Assembly (NCBI GenBank): GCA_964408485.1
Contig: CAYOZJ010000003.1
Span: 65,290 to 129,289 of the forward strand
Source: an uncultured Gammaproteobacteria bacterium
Lineage (GTDB): Bacteria; Patescibacteriota; Microgenomatia; Levybacterales; UBA12049
Length of the DNA stretch: 64,000 bases
Direction of reading: 5' to 3'
Shown here: positions 10,359 to 17,414 of the stretch, piece after piece
Layout: each line of letters begins with the position of its first letter
How positions within the stretch are numbered: position 1 is the first letter of the stretch
Notes under the pieces: generated by a model
Databases searched by the model: none
Told to the model about the DNA's origin: nothing
The model's input: the letters and a program-made list of their open reading frames with translations, nothing else
Position numbers and translations under genes: made by a program

Positions 10359-11555
10359 TTAGGTTTTCTGGATAATATATATTTTTCCAGCTTTATCATC
10401 TGAAACATATAAATTTCCTTTGCTGTCAAAAGTAACATCCGCTGGTCTTCCAAGTGCTGCGCCTGCAAGATTACTTTGTAAAAAGCCGGTAAGAAAATCC
10501 TCGGACCCTGTAATCGTATTTCCTTGTACAGTAAGTCGTACTACTTTAAATCCTATTGGCGTTGAGCGGTTCCAGTCTCCGTGATACGCAACAAATAAGC
10601 TTCCTTGCCAACTTTTGGGAAATTGCGAACTTTCGATAAAGGTTAATCCTAACGGTGCGGAATGAGCAGGAACTTGATAAATAGGAGCAAGAGTCTGCGA
10701 GCAGTCATAGTTGCTTTTATCAAAGTTAGTATCATGAACTTTATCTCCATAACAATTAGGCCAGCCGTAGTTTTTTCCAGATGAAAGTATATTTATCTCA
10801 TCGGGAGGAAGATTGTCTCCTAAATAATCCCGTCCCATTTCTGTGTCCCACACAGCGCCATTCGTTGGATTAAGAGCAAGAAATGCAGCATTGCGAAGTC
10901 CTGTTGCAAAAACTTTTGGACTGTCCCCGTTGGCATTGGAAATAAGAACCGATCCGCCTGTTGTTGCAGGTTCTCTACAAACATTGCAGGTAGAACCAAG
11001 AGAAACATAAAGGCTGCCATTTTTATCAAAAACAAGCGTACGGTTGTTGTGGTCATTATTTCCAGGGAGAGAAAAAAGATCCTTGTCTTTTGTTGCCAGT
11101 TGAGAATTTTCATCCCAATTGTACCTAACAACTTTTGTTGTGTCAGCGATAAAGAGTTGGCCATTGTAAAATACTAGTCCGTGAACATGTGGTTCGTTGC
11201 TAATGATTTGCTTTGCAATATCTGCGACACCATCATTATTTTTATCGGGTAGAGCATAGACATGATTTGTAGAAGGACTAGAGACAAGTAACGTACCATC
11301 TTTCGTAAATTCCATATCACGAGCATTAGGAACATCACCAAAAACATGAATGCTATACCCATCTGGTAATTTAAAGGGAATTGTTGGCAATGATCCTTTG
11401 GAAATAGTTGCAGATTGGTTAGGAGCAGGTGTTATTGTAGGGTAGGCGGGAAGTAATTGCGTGGGAATACCCGAATGAAAATAAAGGTTTGCCCCAAAAT
11501 AGATAAAAATAACTACAGCAACAAAAATTCCAAGAAATGCTGTTATGCGTTTCAC
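10359..11555 (-). CDS. PQQ-dependent sugar/sorbosone dehydrogenase family beta-propeller protein
   Basis: LYVSLGSTCNVC, ATGLRN, PPDEIN, NYGWP, AHSAPLG, GRPADV motifs. Confidence 0.9.
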   Translation of the reverse strand: MKRITAFLGIFVAVVIFIYFGANLYFHSGIPTQLLPAYPTITPAPNQSATISKGSLPTIPFKLPDGYSIHVFGDVPNARDMEFTKDGTLLVSSPSTNHVYALPDKNNDGVADIAKQIISNEPHVHGLVFYNGQLFIADTTKVVRYNWDENSQLATKDKDLFSLPGNNDHNNRTLVFDKNGSLYVSLGSTCNVCREPATTGGSVLISNANGDSPKVFATGLRNAAFLALNPTNGAVWDTEMGRDYLGDNLPPDEINILSSGKNYGWPNCYGDKVHDTNFDKSNYDCSQTLAPIYQVPAHSAPLGLTFIESSQFPKSWQGSLFVAYHGDWNRSTPIGFKVVRLTVQGNTITGSEDFLTGFLQSNLAGAALGRPADVTFDSKGNLYVSDDKAGKIYIIQKT

Positions 11556-11602
11556 TTTCTTAGTATATCACTGGCATATAAGAAATTTGCTATAATCGTT
11601 GC

Positions 11603-11881
11603 ATGATTACTCTCATTGCAATTGTTGGTTTTTTGACCACAACGCTTTCCATACTGGTTAAATTAGTTGGATTCCCAGATCAAATCAGAAAGAATTTTCA
11701 AAGAAAATCCACAGAAGGAATTTCTACTGCTTTTTATATTCTCTCATTTACTGTTTATCTGCTTTGGACGTTGTATGGATTTTTACAACATGATTGGGTT
11801 GTAATGCTCGGACAAGGTTTAGGAATTATTACTACCGGAGCAATCGTTTATCAAATCTATTTGTATAAAGAAAAGAAATAA
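11603..11881 (+). CDS. SemiSWEET / PQ-loop family small transporter
   Basis: Three TM helices, 'PDQIRKN..RKSTEGIS', 'LWTLYG'. Confidence 0.8.
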   Translation: MITLIAIVGFLTTTLSILVKLVGFPDQIRKNFQRKSTEGISTAFYILSFTVYLLWTLYGFLQHDWVVMLGQGLGIITTGAIVYQIYLYKEKK

Positions 11882-11882
11882 T

Positions 11883-12503
11883 ATGATTCCACACAGAATT
11901 GTTGCCATTGGAGCAAGCACATTTTTTGGTCTGTATGATGAGGATCACTTAGGTGGCTATATTGGAAGACTCAAGATGTGGCATGAAAGCTAACCCATAG
12001 ACAATGAAGTGTATAACCTAGGCGTTAGTAGAGAAAGTGCTGGTGAGTCAACAACAGAATTGTTGAAAAGAATTATAGTGGAAGCAAAAGTTAGAGAACC
12101 AAATCTTATTCTCCTTACATCAGGCATTAATGACATTCGTCGCATTGGAGGAAAAGATAATCCACCGCGGACGTCCCGTGATGAATTTGAAAAAAATATT
12201 CATGACATGATTGCGCAGACGCGAAGCGTGGTGCAAGAGATTCTTTTTATTAGTCCATGCCAGATTACAGATAAAGAAAGTAGCAAGGGAGACTTTTTTC
12301 TTAATACCGATTTAAAAGCGTATTCAGATATTACTAAGCGTGTTTGCGAAGAAGAAAAAGTGCCTTACCTTGATATCTTTCAGGAATGGGAAAATAAAGA
12401 CTACACAAGTCTTCTATGTCCAGATGGGGTTCATCCCAATAGCAAGGGGTACGAAGCTGTTTTTGAAAATCTTAAGACATTTCTCCTTTCTCTTTACGCA
12501 TAA
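11883..12503 (+). pseudogene. SGNH/GDSL hydrolase interrupted by an in-frame TAA
   Basis: ATG 11883 reads MIPHRIVAIGAST (block I); TAA at 11991-11993; same frame continues with YNLGV, GIND and DGVHP. Confidence 0.8.
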
Positions 12504-12557
12504 TCTTGCGCTTGCTTGCTTGAGTTTTTAATACTTCCACTCTATACTGCGGCTGCT

Positions 12558-13172
12558 ATGGAACGGTTGCCTACAACCATGATAAAAGTAGGCGAAACAA
12601 TTCGCCACGAAGCAGGTATTGTGGTAAGTGCTGTTAAAAGACTTCGCAGACGTATTGCTCCAGGGAGGACAGCGTTTCACGAAGCAGCACACATAGAAGC
12701 TTCTCAACTTGATGAAGGTATAGATAGAGCAACTATTGTTGGTACATCAGAATATAACGGTGCAACATGGCCTCGTCGTATGACAGCAACAAGCGCTATG
12801 GCTGCTGCTGCGCTGGATATGGACGGAACAGGATGGGACGAATTTCTTACCGCACATATTTTGCATGTTAATCCAGATGGTGCAAAAAGCACAGTGCTTT
12901 CTATTCTGGCTGGAAGACAAGATTACATGTGGGCAGTTGCTGAAATATTGGAAGAAAAAAAGACTATTGGACAAGAAGATGTTAATAGAGCCCATGAGCA
13001 GGTGGATAACGAAAGACGGGGGGTCTGGCAAGTGGATGTGATGGTAAAGAACAAAGACGGAACAACATTCATTCACTCAACAGAGTCAGAAAATAATAAC
13101 GTTATGGTGCCAGGAGAATGGGTTGTACTGCATATACCAGAATCAAGAAAAGAAGAACAACAGCTTGCATAA
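12558..13172 (+). CDS. Stand-alone peptidase M41 (FtsH protease domain)-like protein
   Basis: TAFHEAAH followed by 'RATIV...GAT'; 'VAEILEEKKTI' resembles the FtsH C-terminus; no AAA domain or TM. Confidence 0.6.
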   Translation: MERLPTTMIKVGETIRHEAGIVVSAVKRLRRRIAPGRTAFHEAAHIEASQLDEGIDRATIVGTSEYNGATWPRRMTATSAMAAAALDMDGTGWDEFLTAHILHVNPDGAKSTVLSILAGRQDYMWAVAEILEEKKTIGQEDVNRAHEQVDNERRGVWQVDVMVKNKDGTTFIHSTESENNNVMVPGEWVVLHIPESRKEEQQLA

Positions 13173-13200
13173 GAATCCTGTAGTATGATAAACTATAAAT

Positions 13201-13440
13201 ATGACAACTAAAAATAAAGAGCTGCCATGGTTATCGCGTTTTGTAAAAGATATCTTTACGAATGCATCTCGAAGACGGGCTGCGGAGGAGTTTCATGCGC
13301 TTTTACATGCAGATCCTCAAAATGATTTTGAAAGAGATTTAATAAGTAGGCAACGGCCTGCAACTGTCAGAAGATTAGGTTTGAGTACTGCACAACAAAT
13401 GGAAGATGATCATATAGCGCAAGGTTTACATAGCTATTAA
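13201..13440 (+). CDS. Small hypothetical protein
   Basis: 79-aa ORF with TGATAAACT -10-like box just upstream; fills the gap between genes. Confidence 0.55.
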   Translation: MTTKNKELPWLSRFVKDIFTNASRRRAAEEFHALLHADPQNDFERDLISRQRPATVRRLGLSTAQQMEDDHIAQGLHSY

Positions 13441-13447
13441 AGGAAAT

Positions 13448-14266
13448 TTATTCTACTACTTTTCGTAGGCTTTCCACTTCTTTTTTTGACAATTCTCTGT
13501 ATTCTCCTCGTTTTAAACTTCCTAATTTGAGTGGACCAAAGGCAATGCGTTGTAAATCAAGAAGTTGTATTCCCATTTCTTCACACATCCGTCGAATTTG
13601 TCTATTCCGTCCTTCGTGAAGGGTTATGTCTAGGGTTGTTTTTTCCTTGTCATTCCCGCGCAGGCGGGAATCCAGATGGTCTATTTTTGTTTTAGAACCT
13701 GGATCCCGCATCAAGTGCGGGATGACACGTTGTGAGTTCGGGATGACTGTTTTAACGACAGTCACTTCTGCAGGCATTGTTATTCCATCTTCTAAAATAA
13801 CACCTATGCGAAGTTGCTCAAGTTGTCCTTTTGTTGGTTGTCCTGCAACAAGAATTCGGTACAGTTTGGGTACATGGTAGCGAGGATGAATAAGCTGATG
13901 AGTTAACTCTCCATCATTTGTTAACAAAACAAGCCCATGAGAATCTTTATCCAGTCTTCCAACAGGATAAATTCTGTAGGGAGTATCAATAAGAGAAGTC
14001 ACTGTGTCACGCGCAAATTCGTCTGCAGTTGAGGAAATAATGCCAATTGGTTTATTTAATATATAGTAAACAAAGCCAGGCTTTTGTACTTTTTCACCAT
14101 TTATCAAAACAAGTTGCTTACTACCTACCCGGATTCCAGATTCTGTTACTCGTTTGCCGTCAATAGTAACGTCATTATTTTTCAAAAATGACTTTACCCC
14201 TCGCCGGGAAATTATCCCAGCATTAGCTAAAAATTTATCCAAGCGGATTTTTATATCTTGCTGCAC
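13448..14266 (-). CDS. rRNA pseudouridine synthase (RsuA/RluB family) with an in-frame REP insertion
   Basis: S4 domain RLDKFLA..G..SRR, VGRLD catalytic motif, EGRNRQIRRM. Confidence 0.95.
   Translation of the reverse strand: MQQDIKIRLDKFLANAGIISRRGVKSFLKNNDVTIDGKRVTESGIRVGSKQLVLINGEKVQKPGFVYYILNKPIGIISSTADEFARDTVTSLIDTPYRIYPVGRLDKDSHGLVLLTNDGELTHQLIHPRYHVPKLYRILVAGQPTKGQLEQLRIGVILEDGITMPAEVTVVKTVIPNSQRVIPHLMRDPGSKTKIDHLDSRLRGNDKEKTTLDITLHEGRNRQIRRMCEEMGIQLLDLQRIAFGPLKLGSLKRGEYRELSKKEVESLRKVVE
13648..13748. repeat. Intragenic YGTC-tagged REP doublet plus a partial third unit
   Basis: TGTCATTCCCGCGCAGGCGGGAATCC ... GGATCCCGCATCAAGTGCGGGATGACA ... TTCGGGATGAC. Confidence 0.9.
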
Positions 14267-14326
14267 TGCAATATTATAGCAGGTTAGCCTTGCTTAAGAA
14301 CTAATATTATCCTATAATAGGAAAAT

Positions 14327-14590
14327 ATGACAGACAGAAAAGCTGCTAAAAATCATATTGAAACTGGTTTGACAGATGTTTTGGGCAGATCGCCTTCTCA
14401 TGAAGAGCAAATAGCGGGAGAGGGATATCATCATTTCGTTCAGCATGGCGAAACACAAGCAAGAAGACACAGAAGAACAAGAGAGGTATATCGGATTGCA
14501 GCTCGAGAACACGCCAAAAGAGTTCTTCCTCAAGATGCAATAGACCATTTGGATAGTATACATAGTCCAGATCATTTTTTTGAGGATTAA
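14327..14590 (+). CDS. Small His/Arg-rich hypothetical protein
   Basis: 87-aa ORF with TATAAT 8 nt upstream. Confidence 0.55.
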   Translation: MTDRKAAKNHIETGLTDVLGRSPSHEEQIAGEGYHHFVQHGETQARRHRRTREVYRIAAREHAKRVLPQDAIDHLDSIHSPDHFFED

Positions 14591-14629
14591 TAAGCGCTAT
14601 TTGGTTATTTTTGCTATACTAGCCATAAC

Positions 14630-15511
14630 ATGCCCCACAATAAAAAACCAGATCTTTGGGTAAGTCACTCCTCAATACATGATTACCTGACATGTCCTCG
14701 TGCATATTGGATTCGTCATTTGTATAGAAATCCTAAAACAAATAATAAAGTAAATATTATTAATCCCGCCTTGGCGCTAGGGTCTATTGTTCATCAAGTG
14801 TTGGAGGCTCTTTCTGTTGTAAAAGTAGAGGATAGACTTAAGCAGCCGCTTCTTGAGCAGTACGAAAAAGCATGGGAGCAAATACGTGGGGAAAAAGGAG
14901 GATTTGAAAGTCCCGAACAAGAGTTGGAGTATAAAAATCGTGGTGCGATTATGATCAATCGTGTGTTATTTCATCCGGGTCCAATAGAGCAAAAAGCAGT
15001 CAAATTAGCTTCTCCTGACAGCTTGCCTCCGCGATATTATTTATCTCCAGAAGAGGGGATTATTTTATGCGGAAAAATAGACTGGCTTGAGTATGCCCCA
15101 CAGGATGATAGTGTGCATATTATCGATTTTAAGACAGGCAAAAATGAAGAAGACGAGGATTCTTTGCAGTTACCAATTTATGCGCTTCTGGTAAAGAATT
15201 GTCAGAATAGGAAGGTAAGTAAAATTAGTTATTGGTATTTAGAATCAGATAACGAGCCTAAGGAAATGCCTTTTCCGAATTTAGATACTGCGCATGAAAA
15301 AATCTTAACAATTGCTAGGGAAATTCGTGCAGCACGGGAAAAAGGTCATATGGTATGTCCAAAGGGTGGTTGTTTTGCGTGTCGAGGACTTGAGCAAATT
15401 GTTGCAGGAAAAGCAAAATTTATTGCGACTGAAGGATATCAGGATATATTTACTATTCCAAAAGCCGAGACCACGGCAGATTATAAAAAAGAAGACATTA
15501 CCCCCTTTTAA
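14630..15511 (+). CDS. PD-(D/E)XK nuclease family protein (RecB/AddB-like C-terminal domain)
   Basis: SHSS..YLTCPR, LGSIVH, GKID, IIDFKTG, QLPIY, C-terminal C-x4-C-x2-C. Confidence 0.88.
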   Translation: MPHNKKPDLWVSHSSIHDYLTCPRAYWIRHLYRNPKTNNKVNIINPALALGSIVHQVLEALSVVKVEDRLKQPLLEQYEKAWEQIRGEKGGFESPEQELEYKNRGAIMINRVLFHPGPIEQKAVKLASPDSLPPRYYLSPEEGIILCGKIDWLEYAPQDDSVHIIDFKTGKNEEDEDSLQLPIYALLVKNCQNRKVSKISYWYLESDNEPKEMPFPNLDTAHEKILTIAREIRAAREKGHMVCPKGGCFACRGLEQIVAGKAKFIATEGYQDIFTIPKAETTADYKKEDITPF

Positions 15512-15657
15512 AATCCCTCTTGCAAAGTAATTAAAATTATTACTATATTGTAAACATACGGTAAGAATACATAGCTTACTAGTTGTAGAACAAAATTTAT
15601 CCCCCTTTATTTTTTGCCCCCATTTTTCGACTTCTGTATGTATGTTTCTAGCTGTTT

Positions 15658-16005
15658 ATGATAACAGAAGAGAGGCGTGAAGGGGATTTTTCAAGGGGTC
15701 AGAAAAAAGCTGCGAGAAGACGCGCGGATCATCGTTGTGAAGCCTGTGGAAGTGCTCATGACGCATTGTATGTGCATCACGACCCACCAATTTCCATGGG
15801 CGGAGGGAAAAATTCAAGAGCGTGGGCCCTTGACTTACAATGTCATAAAGTTGCGGACAAACTCGCTTTAGAGCATGGTATTTCTTTAACTGAAGTAAGA
15901 GAAAGATGGGGAACAAGGCCCCTAGAGCCATATGCGCAAAGTCTTGATAAAGGGAAAGTAAGACACATTGTAAAACGGGTAAGGCAGCGGATAAGAGCAA
16001 CCTAG
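15658..16005 (+). CDS. Small HNH-endonuclease-like protein
   Basis: RCEACG...VHHDPPISMGG...LDLQCH; one Cys of the second CxxC is replaced by Asp. Confidence 0.65.
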   Translation: MITEERREGDFSRGQKKAARRRADHRCEACGSAHDALYVHHDPPISMGGGKNSRAWALDLQCHKVADKLALEHGISLTEVRERWGTRPLEPYAQSLDKGKVRHIVKRVRQRIRAT

Positions 16006-16030
16006 AAAAACTTATTCGGAGATGAAAATT

Positions 16031-17308
16031 TTATGCTGCAAGAGTAAATTCTTCTTGTCTTCTTTGTCGTCGTGGATACCTATTAATTTTACTAAGACGT
16101 TGATATTCGTGCTCAAATCCTGGACTCATAGACTTTGCCAACTCTCCCAGAGGTTGACGATTTTCAATTCTCTTAATTACCTCGACAATAAGCGGGTCGA
16201 TAGAAACAACCTGTATCTTTGGATGATTTAATACTGCATCTGACGGCTGAATACTATTTGTTATCATGACAAAATCAATTGCTGGATCATCTACAATATC
16301 CAATCCTGATACTTCTTTTTTTGGATCCTTAGAGAAAAGGCCATGTGTTGCAATAACTCGGACGCTTCGAGCGCCTTGGTCTTTAAATCTTCTTGCTGCT
16401 TGCAAGACACTTCCGCCTGTATCAATGATGTCATCAAACATAACAACATCTCTTCCTGCAACAAGGTTTGTTGTATCTTCTTGTTGGTCAGAAATTTTAA
16501 CGACATTATTTTGGTCCACGGGACGCTCTTTATGGATAATTGCTGGAGGTCTTCCATTACCAAACAATGTAAGATAGTCTTTATATTTCCCTTCTGCGCT
16601 GGCATCGGGAAACGCAATTGTTACATGTAACTTATTTTTATCAATCATCTCCTGCACTTTTGGTGCCATCACAAATGACGGGTCAAGATTAACCCATTGA
16701 ATATGATTACTCGTGGTTAAGGCATCAAGTGGCTTGCGTGAGTGAACATCGAAGAGAATAAGGGAGGCGGGTGCCCGTAATTTTGATTCATGCTGCCAAC
16801 GTCTTTTCTGAGGATCATGCGAACCTGCTCGCGCAATCTCTCGACCAAAAAGTCGAGCTGCCTCAGTTGCGCCATCTTGATCGCGTCTATCCTGTCTACT
16901 ATATGCTAAATGAGTAATAATAGGATAGACCCTGTTGGCTCCTTTGCCTTTTGCAGCTTCTTCTAGAAGGCGAAGTTGGGTAAGATCTGAATCCGGTTGT
17001 CCATTTACGGATTGGATAATATAGACATCCTTTGTTGCGATGGGGATTTCTTTTGGAATAACAACCTTTAGCTCATGGTTGGCAAAAGAGGGAAAGTTAT
17101 CTGGAATTTTTTGTCCAAATGCTGCGCCGACCTTGCGGGCCAAATACATTCCTGCATCGCCAGCAATAATAGTGAAGTTAGGAGAGCCGTATATTTTCTC
17201 TTTTACTTTTTGGGCAAGGTGGGATTGTTGAAATCTTTCAGAAATAGGTTGCAAAAAGCGTTGAGGGGAAAATTTTCTGTATCCTGGTGGTCTCAGCTTA
17301 TCGGCCAT
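16031..17308 (-). CDS. prs: Ribose-phosphate pyrophosphokinase (divergent)
   Basis: FANHE, KDVYIIQS, AYSRQDR, DVHS, FPD, DDIIDTGGS, ATHGLFS; start set at ATG 17308 behind a TTGCAA/TGTTATAGT promoter. Confidence 0.85.
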   Translation of the reverse strand: MADKLRPPGYRKFSPQRFLQPISERFQQSHLAQKVKEKIYGSPNFTIIAGDAGMYLARKVGAAFGQKIPDNFPSFANHELKVVIPKEIPIATKDVYIIQSVNGQPDSDLTQLRLLEEAAKGKGANRVYPIITHLAYSRQDRRDQDGATEAARLFGREIARAGSHDPQKRRWQHESKLRAPASLILFDVHSRKPLDALTTSNHIQWVNLDPSFVMAPKVQEMIDKNKLHVTIAFPDASAEGKYKDYLTLFGNGRPPAIIHKERPVDQNNVVKISDQQEDTTNLVAGRDVVMFDDIIDTGGSVLQAARRFKDQGARSVRVIATHGLFSKDPKKEVSGLDIVDDPAIDFVMITNSIQPSDAVLNHPKIQVVSIDPLIVEVIKRIENRQPLGELAKSMSPGFEHEYQRLSKINRYPRRQRRQEEFTLAA

Positions 17309-17378
17309 CAGCAGAAATACTATAACATCCAAAAATGTTTTCTTGCAATGGATGTAACTGCATACAACTATCTCAGTG

Positions 17379-17407
17379 TTGAAAGTCATGGGTATTTGGA
17401 TTACAAT
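17379..17407 (+). promoter_or_regulatory. Sigma70 promoter of ileS (leaderless geometry)
   Basis: TTGAAA-17 nt-TACAAT, then 7 nt to ATG 17415. Confidence 0.7.
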
Positions 17408-17414
17408 TGAAGCT

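Noticed and set aside
10232-10468. 78-aa minus-strand ORF (..CHSCEGRNPDSG..)
   Set aside because: It is an off-frame read of the dehydrogenase 3' end plus REP DNA; no independent start signals
11985-11996. TAA recoding, prompted by the AAGCTAACC context shared with the TAA at ~2011
   Set aside because: TAA terminates many normal genes here (ftsA, ftsZ, ileS); two cases, one in a decayed fragment, are not enough
14630-15511. Cas4 / CRISPR system
   Set aside because: No cas1/cas2 and no regularly spaced repeat-spacer array in the window; solo PD-(D/E)XK nucleases are common
16015-16024. TTCGGAGATG matching the RAYT-flank repeat in reverse complement
   Set aside because: Only 10 bp and lacks the stem; could be chance
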